This document shows, piece by piece, positions 26,832 to 39,009 of a DNA stretch of 64,000 nucleotides (the first letter of the stretch is position 1; the number at the start of each line of letters is the position of its first letter). The notes under the pieces were generated by a model. That model saw nothing but the letters and a program-made list of their open reading frames with translations, made no database searches and was not told the origin of the DNA. The stretch comes from Octopus bimaculoides (taxonomy: Eukaryota). The DNA lies in assembly GCF_001194135.2 (NCBI RefSeq), contig NC_068990.1, positions 4,005,456 to 4,069,455 on the forward strand, given 5' to 3'. The translations under genes and the position numbers were made by a program.

Positions 26832-26874
26832 TCCAGAGACTAGTTTCAGAGTCATTGCTCACCATCAGTCAGGA
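26832..26874 (-). ncRNA. Degenerate minimal (type I) hammerhead ribozyme motif
   Basis: UCCUGA-CUGAUG(G)-UGAG CAAUGA CUCU-GAAA-CUAG-UC-UCUGGA: stem I 5/6 bp, palindromic stem III ACUAGU, GUC cleavage triplet, A9 replaced by G. Confidence 0.6.
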
Positions 26875-26923
26875 GTAGCCTTTGAAAGCATATATATTTC
26901 AAGTGAAATACACTCACTGATTT

Positions 26924-26959
<36 letters not shown>

Positions 26960-28483
26960 ATTCTTTTATTTGTTTCAGTCATTTGACTGCGGCCATGCTG
27001 GAGCACTTTAGTCAAGCAAATCAACTCCAGGATGCAAAGAACTGGAACAAATACTACAAGGGATCCATCTGATACTCTACTGATTCCACTAGTCCACTGT
27101 ACAAGACCAGTACTTAATTTATTGAACCAGGAAGGATGAAAGGCAAACCTAACCTTGGCAGGATTTGAACCCAGAATGTAAAAAGCCAGAAAATAGATCA
27201 CAAAACATTTGCTCCAATGCTCCGACAACTGTAATGGATTTACATAATGAGGTAAAGCACCTAATTAATTAACTTGCAACAAATCACACTATACCATCTA
27301 AATGGTTTCAAATGTTAGCACAAGGGCTGCAGTTTGGCGGGGCATGGGAGACTCAATAGCTTCAGCCCTTGTGGTCAGCATTTTATAGATTCTGAAAGGA
27401 AAAGCAAAGTTGACCTTTTGCAGAATTTGAACTCAAGAATGTAAAAAGCAGGAAGAAATGCTGCTAAGCATTTTGCCAAATACACAAATGGTTCCGCCAG
27501 CCTGCAGTCTTACAATATCATCTAAACAAAAAGGAAATATGCATAAGAAAATGTAGTCTGTGATAACACTGTCAGAAAAACAAGATGGGAGGAGCATTCC
27601 AGTTAGAATGCCTCTGCTTATTGGATTCATTAGACAATATAGTCCTAGATACACTCAGCCAGAATACATTTGATAAATGAGATACACTGGATAATTATAA
27701 GTTCTGTTTATACACACATCATAACATTTTCATTTCAATAGCTAAGCTGGTGTGATTTGTTATTATATATTTAATCTGTCATTAGAGTATGATATTATAG
27801 TCAATCAGTATTATTATTCACAATTAGAAACACGTTATTGTCTTATAGATTTAGTTATTACAATTATAACTATTGTTGTTGCTTTTGTCAGATGTAACTA
27901 TGTGAAAATTCTCTCATTAAGATTTGTTTAATATTAATTTTTGCTTAGTTGTTTTTAAAGGAGTTAGATTTTGATGAAATAATCTTATTATTAACGTGAA
28001 GGGAGGAAGATTAACAAGAGGAAGATTAACAAGAGGAAGTTGTTGAAGAGAGAGAGAGAAAGACAGAGCTGAAGAAGAGAAAGCACAGGATAAAACAAAG
28101 AAGGAAAAGAAGAAAGGAATGAAAAGGAGGAGTGGCAGAGGGCCACAGTGAGGAAGAAGCTTCACAGAAGTTCAATGAAGGAAGAGAGAAGAAGGAGGAG
28201 AAAAAGAGGGAGAGGAGGGGGAAAAAATGCAAACCAAGAAAGTGGGGAGTGGAAGAAAATGAGAAAACAGCAGCAAAATATTGTAATTAGCAATGTCATT
28301 AGTACATCAGGTAGAATGTCTCACAGTATTTGTTCTGATTCTCAGAGTTGTGGGTTCAAATCCCAGTGAGGTCAACTTTGCCTTTCATCCTTTCAGGGTT
28401 AATAAAAATGTACCAATTCAGAGAAGAGAATTAATGGAACTGTAATAATAATTTCAAATTTTAGCACAAGGCCAGCAAGTTTG

Positions 28484-28524
<41 letters not shown>

Positions 28525-28640
28525 GACCTCCTTAAAAGAATGTGAAGAAAAGGGCACCAAAAGTATACACTCTCATGTTTCACAAACCAGTCTCTGAATT
28601 ATATATAATTACAGAATTCTTAGAAAGATCTGCCATTTAC

Positions 28641-28777
28641 CTTTTACGGTCCTTTCGGGATCCACGTTTTTTCGATTTACAAATACCTTTGTTATTTCGA
28701 ATCATTTTCCTGGGACATTTTTTAATGCAGCTACTCTTGAATTTGACATTTAAACAAGAATGACATTGGTTCGCACC
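28641..28777 (-). CDS. EGFR-like: EGFR-like exon (domain IV end plus basic tail): GANQCHSCLNVKFKSSCIKKCPRKMIRNNKGICKSKKRGSRKDRK(R)
   Basis: Not in the ORF track. Acceptor ccctgtctcattgtag|GGT, donor AAAG|gtaaat, 137 nt, phase 0->2. G.NQC..C.N......C...CP continues domain IV in frame from ...CSGP. Confidence 0.9.
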
Positions 28778-28916
28778 CTACAATGAGACAGGGACAGACA
28801 TTACATTAGGGACAGACTACAAGAACAAGAGAAAAATATTGATGTCAACCAAATGAATACAGTTACTACTATTTTGGGCCATATATACATACATTATATA
28901 TATATATATGCACGTG

Positions 28917-28976
<60 letters not shown>

Positions 28977-29048
28977 TGTGTGTATGTGTGTGTGTGTGTG
29001 TGCGTGCGCGCACACACACACACACACACACACATACATACATATATA

Positions 29049-29842
29049 CAGGGCGGGTGGAAAGTAACTAGGTATTAGAAATTGCTGATAGAATTTTTAG
29101 TATCACTGAAGTCATGCCGAAAACATTTTTTAAACAGACAACACTAATGGACATTTTTTTAATTTTCTTATGGCCTTATTTCTTATTTTCCAGATGGGCC
29201 AGCCGCTTGGCTGTTCAGGGGCAAGCTAAGATAGCAGCATACTATGAAGTGTGGAATTCTATTGTTTTGGTTCAGAGATGGTGATGTGCATGGAAAGGTA
29301 AGCATGCAACACTATGTCCAGAGACAATAAAAAGTTGTCATGCAAAACTAATGACCACAAACTCTGTGAACGATGCAAGATGTGGCCGTCCAAGCAGGAA
29401 ATGTTTAATTGCAGCCTGCAAAGATCAACATGTCAAGCAGCTCTTGAATTTGCATCCATGGAAACCCCATTATGTACAGGAGCCAGAACCTGAAGACTGT
29501 GACCACAGAAGTCTAGATGTCCAGATCTCACTCCATGTGATTTTTACCTGTGGAGATACACAAAAGAGGAAGTGTACAAGACAAACCCTCACACACTGGA
29601 GGACTTGGAAACACGGATTGAGGAGGTTCTCAATATTCCAGACGATGTCCTTCAGAAGGTTGTTCATTCCATCCCTGGCTGTTTGAGGAGACTAGTTAAT
29701 GCCACCAGTGCTTACGTTGAAATATGAAAATTTACTTTCATTTTCCCATGTAATAAAGAACGTGTATCATTGGTTTCAATAAATTTGTAAAAAGAACATT
29801 GATTGTATTACAAATTTTTAATGCCTACTTACACCAACCCTA
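29049..29842 (+). mobile_element. Internally deleted Tc1/mariner-superfamily transposon
   Basis: TA-flanked degenerate TIRs (CAGGGCGGGTGGAAAGT / ...ACTTACACCAACCCTA). Transposase relics: SVNDARCGRP, (S)PDLTPCDF, EEVYKTNPHTLEDLETRIEEV...IPDDVLQKVVHSIP. Confidence 0.8.
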
Positions 29843-30265
29843 TATATAATGCCTAGGGCTGAGTGTTTACTACATTGACTATATGCGGGAAGATACAGCA
29901 GAAAGATTTTTTTAGATGAAAGGACAGCAATAGTGAAAGAGTGAGAGTTAATGCCTACTTACACCAACCCTATATATAATAATCAATGAATGAAGCAGAA
30001 AATGGATTTGGTATTAGTCTTTACCATTTTTTCCATCTTGCTAGCATGCTAATTAATAGCACCTTCCTCTGTATATCCGATAATGGTTTAGGTATGTAAT
30101 TTTTGGGACTAATGAGTATATGTCAATTAGTGTGTTGAGTAAAGCATGTTCACAGTTTAGGCTACCTGGTGTCATCTACAGTTGGATATATTTCTGCTGG
30201 ATGGATGGATGGATATATATATATATATATTATAATAGAATAATTACTATGAAGCATTGTGTAGA

Positions 30266-30488
30266 ATATATTGTATAAAGGACCATGGGTAAGGCCAAAA
30301 CAATGCAAAGTAAATGCAAAGTAAATCACATAGGCAACATTCGTCAGTTTCTTGAAAATGGGGTCATAACCCCGAAATACTGAATACAAGGTAAGTCTAC
30401 AATAATTCACATATTTGTTTTCTTGTGATTTACCTTGCATTTATTTCGCATTGTTTTGGCCTTACCTACAATCCTTTATACAATATAT
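30266..30488. repeat. Inverted repeat, 65-bp arms, 93-nt spacer
   Basis: Arms 30266-30330 and 30424-30488. Confidence 0.9.
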
Positions 30489-31076
30489 GTATATATATAA
30501 ATATTATCAGTAGTTCATATATCCATAAAAGAAGCACACTCTAAAGCATTAGAGCAGTAAGTCTGGTGAATTGCTTATACACCCAAGCGCTTTACAGGTG
30601 TGAAACCAATGGCCACTCTATGACCAGCTATAACATTTGATTTCCTAAAATATATATATATATATATATANNNNNNNNNNNNNNNNNNNNNNNNNNNNNN
30701 NNNNNNNNNNNNNNNNNNNNNNNNNNNNNNNNNNNNNNNNNNNNNNNNNNNNNNNNNNNNNNNNNNNNNNNNNNNNNNNNNNNNNNNNNNNNNNNNNNNN
30801 NNNNNNNNNNNNNNNNNNNNNNNNNNNNNNNNNNNNNNNNNNNNNNNNNNNNNNNNNNNNNNNNNNNNNNNNNNNNNNNNNNNNNNNNNNNNNNNNNNNN
30901 NNNNNNNNNNNNNNNNNNNNNNNNNNNNNNNNNNNNNNNNNNNNNNNNNNNNNNNNNNNNNNNNNNNNNNNNNNNNNNNNNNNNNNNNNNNNNNNNNNNN
31001 NNNNNNNNNNNNNNNNNNNNNNNNNNNNNNNNNNNNNNNNNNNNNNNNNNNNNNNNNNNNNNNNNNNNNNNNNNNN

Positions 31077-31163
<87 letters not shown>

Positions 31164-31423
31164 ATATAGGTATGTGGTGAGTGTCTTTGTGTCTGTGTTT
31201 GTCCCATGCCACCAAGTGACAACTGGTGATGGTGTGTTTACATCCTCATAACTTAGTGGTTCAGCAAAAGCAACCAATAGAGTAAGAACCAAGCTTCAAA
31301 ATAAGTACTGGGATCGTTTTGTTTGACTAAAATTGTTTGAGGTGGTGCCCCAGCATGGCAACAGTCTAATGATTGAAACAAGTAAAAGAATAAAAGAATA
31401 CAAGAATATCAGAAATAACTTAC

Positions 31424-31632
31424 AGGTCCTGAACAGCCACCACTGCATTCCTCGTGGCATGACTTGCATGTGTTCTGTTCTCCTTCGTAAACCATGGTGA
31501 CATTCCAGCACGATGGGACACACTTTCCAGTTCTTTCCACTCTGTAATTGATGCAGTCTATGCAATCTTCAGCATCTGGACCCCAGCAACCAAATACTTT
31601 GCATTGGTAATCACATACTTGACCTGTATTAA
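31424..31632 (-). CDS. EGFR-like: EGFR-like exon (Cys-rich domain IV): NTGQVCDYQCKVFGCWGPDAEDCIDCINYRVERTGKCVPSCWNVTMVYEGEQNTCKSCHEECSGGCSGP
   Basis: Acceptor cttcttcatgtatacag|TT, donor ACCT|gtaagt, 209 nt, phase 1->0. GQVC...GCWGP..C..C and CH.EC.GGC.GP motifs. A second Cys-rich domain after L2 identifies the EGFR family rather than the insulin receptor. Confidence 0.95.
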
Positions 31633-33872
31633 CTGTATACATGAAGAAGATGACGGGGAAAAAAAAACAGATAAGTCTCTCAGGAATTACATATCAGAAT
31701 ATTCAAGAGTGATGATGATGATGATGTACGCAGCAGAGTAGGAATATATTTCTTTCTTTGTGCAACCAACAAAACATTGAGGGTATTTAATCTGATGATA
31801 GGAACTGAACATTAAGAACATTTTTCTTCTTTCCAAGCATTAATAAAATAGGTCCCAAACAATTACTGGGAGTTAGAAAAGAAAAGAAAAGGGAATGGAA
31901 AAAAATCTATTGAGAAGCTATTCTAAGCATCATAAAACAATCAATGCAATATTTACAATGATTAAGATTGTATCTGTTTGGGAAATTAGTTGTAAGAAAG
32001 TTTCAGAAGACAGATGTTTGCAAAAAAAAGAAACAAAAAAAGACAAAAAGAACTACTTCAATAGTGTATTTTCTAGCATATAAGTACAAGTTGAATTTTA
32101 CAAACCAAAATTTACAACCAATAAAAAGTAGGTCAATTTATACACCAAGACAACTTTGGAGGACCAAAAGTTCCATGTGAAATGCAGAAGGATTTGGAAA
32201 GAGAGTGACAATGTTTGAGTGTTTACTACATTGACTTGTATGCAGGAAGATACAGCAGAAAGATTTTTTTAGACGAAAGGACAGCAATAGTGAAAGAGTG
32301 AGCACTAATTCTCTCACCAATTTAATATTCTACTTAGGCACAGACATAGCCATATGGCTAATTTGGATTGCTTCATAACCATGTGATTTCTACTTTGATC
32401 TCAATGCATGACACTTAAAGCAAGTTTCAGTGACTGTAGCTTCAAGTTAAGCATTATCTTATTACTGAAATTTAGAAAACAATAACTATACAAAAGCCTA
32501 ACCCTAACCATACAGAAGCCTGTCATCTTAATATAAAACATGCTGAGTTGTGTATTCATTTTTATGCTTAATAATTTCCATTTCTCTGAGATACAGAATG
32601 AGAAATTACTGGCTGCGCTGAAAGAGGTGTAAAACAGAGAAAGGAAGTATTATAAAGAGAAGTACATTAGATAAATAGATATATGAGAGACTAAAAGAAG
32701 GGAATGGAGAGATGGGAGAGGATGAGAGACAGAGAAGGAGAAAAAGAGAGAAAATAGTCATTTGTCACATAAGAGGGGGATGAAAATGTGAGAAAGGAAG
32801 CAAAACTGTGAGCAGGAGAGGAGAGGTGAGGAGGAAAAAGATTAAGTTCTAGAATAGAGAGGTAGTTAGAGATGTAATATAATAAAATAACAGAGGTACA
32901 GGAAGTCTGAAAATGAATTTGAGAGAGAGAAAGAGAGAGAGAGAGAGGGAGAGTGAGAGAGGGAGAGAGAGAGAGGGAGAGAGAGAGAGAGAAATTTGAG
33001 TATGACACTGAAGTGGGAGGAGGCATTGGGAAATCAAGAAGAGTGGAGGCATAATTTGATTTGAGAGAGAGAAAAAGAGAGTACATGTATGTGCGCATGT
33101 GTGTGTGTAAACTGAAGATATAATCATTAAAATACATANNNNNNNNNNNNNNNNNNNNNNNNNNNNNNNNNNNNNNNNNNNNNNNNNNNNNNNNNNNNNN
33201 NNNNNNNNNNNNNNNNNNNNNNNNNNNNNNNNNNNNNNNNNNNNNNNNNNNNNNNNNNNNNNNNNNNNNNNNNNNNNNNNNNNNNNNNNNNNNNNNNNNN
33301 NNNNNNNNNNNNNNNNNNNNNNNNNNNNNNNNNNNNNNNNNNNNNNNNNNNNNNNNNNNNNNNNNNNNNNNNNNNNNNNNNNNNNNNNNNNNNNNNNNNN
33401 NNNNNNNNNNNNNNNNNNNNNNNNNNNNNNNNNNNNNNNNNNNNNNNNNNNNNNNNNNNNNNNNNNNNNNNNNNNNNNNNNNNNNNNNNNNNNNNNNNNN
33501 NNNNNNNNNNNNNNNNNNNNNNNNNNNNNNNNNNNNNNNNNNNNNNNNNNNNNNNNNNNNNNNNNNNNNNNNNNNNNNNNNNNNNNNNNNNNNNNNNNNN
33601 NNNNNNNNNNNNNNNNNNNNNNNNNNNNNNNNNNNNNNNNNNNNNNNNNNNNNNNNNNNNNNNNNNNNNNNNNNNNNNNNNNNNNNNNNNNNNNNNNNNN
33701 NNNNNNNNNNNNNNNNNNNNNNNNNNNNNNNNNNNNGTGTGTATATATATATATATATAAGACTTTCTCTATTCCTGAGCGTTAAACTAATACATCCATT
33801 TGTTGTTTACACCACCTGTCTTCGTCTGTTGTTTTTTTCGTAAATTCTCTCATATATATGCATGTATGTATG

Positions 33873-33904
<32 letters not shown>

Positions 33905-34459
33905 TGTTTATATATATATATATAGGGGTGCCCAGAGATGTATATGTATGTGTGTATATATACGTATTTAAGTGATTGTATATGTATGACTGTATATGTA
34001 ATAGTATCTGCATGTGTATATGAGCATGTATATGTACATATATATACATGGGAGAGGGTGCGTGCATGTCTCTGAACTACCGAATACTGAAGGTTGGGTA
34101 ATAAAATTTCACATGTGCAGCCTAACATGGGGAACAAAATAAACAGCCAATACATCCAATAGCGCTCATGGCAGGCAAGCAGAAGCACGCTAACAGCAAG
34201 CAGAATGAAACTGCCAACGTCTGCTAAATTCAAACAAGGCAGATGGATGTGTCAGCATCAAAGTCGAAGGTTTTGTAACTAACGGGGACAGCAACAGAAT
34301 GTCACCTGAAGAAATACAACTGTTTCCCATTATACAGGTAAACTAATTCATGATCAAATTCCTCTAAATATGAAGAACTATGTTGTATGGAAACGTGTAG
34401 TGATTAAAAAATAACTGTCCAACCATACTCTTTCTTGTTCACTCCATCTTATTCAATAC

Positions 34460-34500
<41 letters not shown>

Positions 34501-35184
34501 NNNNNNNNNNNNNNNNNNNNNNNNNNNNNNNNNNNNNNNNNNNNNNNNNNNNNNNNNNNNNNNNNNNNNNNNNNNNNNNNNNNNNNNNNNNNNNNNNNNN
34601 NNNNNNNNNNNNNNNNNNNNNNNNNNNNNNNNNNNNNNNNNNNNNNNNNNNNNNNNNNNNNNNNNNNNNNNNNNNNNNNNNNNNNNNNNNNNNNNNNNNN
34701 NNNNNNNNNNNNNNNNNNNNNNNNNNNNNNNNNNNNNNNNNNNNNNNNNNNNNNNNNNNNNNNNNNNNNNNNNNNNNNNNNNNNNNNNNNNNNNNNNNNN
34801 NNNNNNNNNNNNNNNNNNNNNNNNNNNNNNNNNNNNNNNNNNNNNNNNNNNNNNNNNNNNNNNNNNNNNNNNNNNNNNNNNNNNNNNNNNNNNNNNNNNN
34901 NNNNNNNNNNNNNNNNNNNNNNNNNNNNNNNNNNNNNNNNNNNNNNNNNNNNNNNNNNNNNNNNNNNNNNNNNNNNNNNNNNNNNNNNNNNNNNNNNNNN
35001 NNNNNNNNNNNNNNNNNNNNNNNNNNNNNNNNNNNNNNNNNNNNNNNNNNNNNNNNNNNNNNNNNNNNNNNNNNNNNNNNNNNNNNNNNNNNNNNNNNNN
35101 NNNNNNNNNNNNNNNNNNNNNNNNNNNNNNNNNNNNNNNNNNNNNNNNNNNNNNNNNNNNNNNNNNNNNNNNNNNNNNNNNNNN

Positions 35185-35225
<41 letters not shown>

Positions 35226-35750
35226 ACATATACATGCATACATTTGTATATATGTATACACATACATATATATGTGTACATATCTACACACACACACACA
35301 CACACATATACATATATAGAGAGAGGGTGATGAGAGAGAGAGAGAGGAGAAAGAGAGAGAGGGAAGGAAAATGAGAGGAAGCCTGTAAGTTAATGAGGAT
35401 AGTGCAAAAAGACAAAACAAAAAATATAAATTCAGTAACAGGAGAAGGAAATAGATTGAAGCTTGAAGCTGAACCATTAACAATTACTGGAAGGAGACAA
35501 AATAAACCATTATTTTTGACAGGTATTATTGCTCACGTGTGTGTGTGTGTGTGCAAGTGTAAACAGATGTCAAATGGCGTATTCAGTAGCATCCCATTAT
35601 GGCAAAACAATAAAAGGGAACTGACAGATATAGAAAAAAAATATTAAAATTGTTAAGAGAAAAATTAAATAAGAAGAGAACTTGCTATGATCGCCTAAAA
35701 ACCATTGAAGGCAATGCCCCAGCATGGACACAATCAAATAACAGAAGAGA

Positions 35751-36383
35751 TTTGTTGTTGTTGTTGGTACTCCATCGCTTACGACGTTGAGGGTTCCAGT
35801 TGATCCGATCAACGGAACAGCCTGCTCGTGAAATTAACGTGCAAGTGGCTGAGCACTCCACAGACACGTGTACCCTTAACGTAGTNNNNNNNNNNNNNNN
35901 NNNNNNNNNNNNNNNNNNNNNNNNNNNNNNNNNNNNNNNNNNNNNNNNNNNNNNNNNNNNNNNNNNNNNNNNNNNNNNNNNNNNNNNNNNNNNNNNNNNN
36001 NNNNNNNNNNNNNNNNNNNNNNNNNNNNNNNNNNNNNNNNNNNNNNNNNNNNNNNNNNNNNNNNNNNNNNNNNNNNNNNNNNNNNNNNNNNNNNNNNNNN
36101 NNNNNNNNNNNNNNNNNNNNNNNNNNNNNNNNNNTATTCAGCGTGACACAGTGTGACAAGGCTGACCCTTTGAATTACAGGCACAACAGAAACAGGAAGT
36201 AACAGTGAGAGAAAGTTGTGGTGGAAGAGTACAGCAGGGTTCGCCACCACCCCCTGCTGGAGCCTCGTGGAGCTTTAGGTGTTTTTGCTCAATAAACACT
36301 CACAACGCCCGGTCTGGGAATCGAAACCGCGATCCTATGACCGCGAGTCCGCTGCCGTAACCACTGGGCCATTGCACCTCCAC
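35751..36383 (-). mobile_element. Full-length young tRNA-derived SINE, family 4, (CAA)n tail, 11-bp TSD
   Basis: Head GGAGGTGCAATGGCCCAGTGGTTACGGCAGCGGACTCGCGG...GGTTTCGATTCCC has A and B boxes. Identical AACAGAAGAGA at 35740-35750 and 36384-36394. The middle is an N gap. Confidence 0.9.
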
Positions 36384-36978
36384 AACAGAAGAGACTAGCG
36401 AATGAGTTAAAGAATACCTAATACAAAAATAAATGCACATATTGTAGTCATATGGAATGCTAGACACCCACCAAGGTAAATATTAGTGAGTACTCTCCCA
36501 TAATCAATCAGAGTTTTTAGCATGGAGCATGGTTGCAGTTAAATTTACTTAACTACAGACTAAGACAAGAAGAGAGCCTCTTAAGTCAAGGCTCAACCTG
36601 TTATAATACAGTAATGAAAATATTGAATCAGTCTCTAGCATCTTAGGGCTAATTTAATTTAGAGTGCATTATTCATGAAAATAAACATAAAAAGATGAGA
36701 TGGTCACAGGTGGAACATTTCTGATCATACATCTACTCAGTTAGTGTAAGTTTAGAGCTTTATAACAAAATGTTCAAATCTTACTGTCATTAGCTTTACA
36801 ATAAAACAGACAGATAGCTCAAACTATTTCTACATGTGTTTCAGTTGCAATGGTTTATTACCAATATGAAGTACATTACATATCACATAAGACTACATAA
36901 ATCTGCATTGTCATGTTACCTACTCATTTCCTGAAGTGATACTCAGCCACCATCTGGCGAAATACAATTAATCTATAA

Positions 36979-37720
36979 CAGGGGTCGGGGAACTTTTTTT
37001 GACCAATTACCCCCAAATGTATTTATTTATAAAGAATAAAAAGTTTAGAATGGTACAACAATGCACTATAGCAGAGACTCCAGCTAAGAAGATCTGAAGA
37101 AAGAATTGTAATTCCGAAATATCATCGGACTATAGATAATCAAATTACAACAGGTATATAGTCCATTTTTTGTTCTATAGTGCATTGTCGTACCATTCTA
37201 AACTTTTTATTCTTTACAAACAATACACAATGCTTGAAGCAAACTACAATACTCTCGTATTTATTTATGCTGACATTACCCCCTTGGTTTGAAAGGAAGA
37301 AAAACATAGATTCTTTGAATTCTTTGAATTCAAAAGGTTTATTGAATCTATTTATATGGAGAAAACAATTATAAATATAAAATGTATAAAACAAATGTGA
37401 TAAAATAAGTTAATATCCTCATTAGGATTTTTCTGGAACTTTTTTAACTTCAGGTTTTGGAGACAGGATGTTGTTTCATTTTTGTTTTTCTGCTTTGTTT
37501 TTATGATCATTAGAGTGGAAAGTTGTTGTTTGCAAAGGTATGTGGTTTCAGAAAGTAGCAACTTTTTGATTGCCTCCTCATACCAGAAGAAAATTTTTTG
37601 TCATAACAAGGAACATGTTTTGTTTATACAATTTTACTTATATCTAATGAGTCCTCATTACCCCCAAGAATTTCATTTTTGCCCTACTTGGGGCAATTTA
37701 GCCCAGTTCGCCAACCCCTA
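36979..37720. mobile_element. Non-autonomous hAT (Charlie-like) element with 8-bp TSD
   Basis: TIRs CAGGGGTCGGGGAACT / AGTTCGCCAACCCCTA. Exact TSD ATCTATAA at 36971-36978 and 37721-37728. Confidence 0.88.
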
Positions 37721-39009
37721 ATCTATAAGGATGGAAGTATTTATAAACAAACAGAACGAAACAAAGATTTTCAAAGTAGGAAGGAGATATTAAAGCTTGC
37801 AACCAATCAAACAACATGGTTCCAAAATAATTAAACTAATATACATGTATACCAGAAGAGGAGTGGTCAAATGACCATATTCTTTTCATTTGGAATTTAC
37901 AGTCAAGTGAGTTGCTGGGAAATTAATGTTTAGTATTAAACAATACCACTATTTTCAAAGCAAGTTAACCAACCTTCAAACTGACTGAGATTTCAAACAT
38001 GGACAAGACATACAATCCAATTGAATACACCCACGCAGCTAAAACCTAATTGCTTTATACCAATGTGAGATATCAATATTCACTTTGTTGTTGTTGCTGC
38101 TGCTGCTGCTATTGTTTTCTGTCAGATCTGGCTTGACTGAGAAGCATTATGAACAAAAATATTCTAGCCACAACCAGCATTTCCTTCTCTCCAATACTGT
38201 ATATGCAGCAGAAGTTGATCTGACAGCCTGTCTATTTAGATATAGGTTTGAAGTTTATCCAACATGACCATATTTGGTAATGTTAGCAGATAAGCAAAAT
38301 ACATATTACAGCCCATCACATCTTTTGGTGGCTGTGTTTGGGTGTCACTCAAAACCAATCACAGCTCCAGAATGCAAACAGGTCTGGGAAGATCTGCCAT
38401 TTCCATTATAAATAAGATTCAATTTTAAAACTCACCAAAGATATTATAAATTCAAGGCCATTACAAGATATTTTTTTTACCTCTCTCTCTATCATTTGGT
38501 GTCATTCTGTCTCTCTCTCACATACACCTTATGAGAGACAGCAAATACTCAATTCAAATGTATCTCTTCATTTCATATATATAGGTATAAATACACAATA
38601 GGGATAATATATTAAAACAAGCTTCTGCGACTAAAATTACAAGAATAAATTATGTTGATTTAAGAATCATTGTTAGCTTCTTCATCTTTCAAAGCAGCCT
38701 CCAATCCAATGTCTCCTTCTTTCACTCTTTCTCTCTTCAGTATAGTATAAAGTAATTTGAGGGAGGTGTCACTGGTTCAGTATTATGTAAAAGCTATATG
38801 ACTGAAAGATGGTAAAATTGGGAGAACTGCAAAACAATTTCTGAGGGTGGTGAGACTGCAGAGATATTAGCTCGCCAAGCAGCATTTCCTCTGTATGTAT
38901 GTCCTGAGTTCAAATTCCATCAATGTCGACTTTGCCTGTCATTCTTTCAGGGTCGATAAAACAAGTACCAGTTGAACACTGGAGTCGATGTAATCGACTT
39001 AACTCCTCC

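Noticed and set aside
33850-34233. 127-aa ORF with signal-peptide/TM-like N-terminus as the missing TM exon
   Set aside because: It starts at TTG just after an in-frame stop, has no suitable acceptor, lies upstream of the domain IV exons and runs into microsatellite.
36308-36381. tRNA gene (also the tRNA-like heads near 24470-24542 and 39230-39300)
   Set aside because: A/B boxes are present, but there is no closed acceptor stem, and each continues into a SINE body with a simple-repeat tail or TSD.
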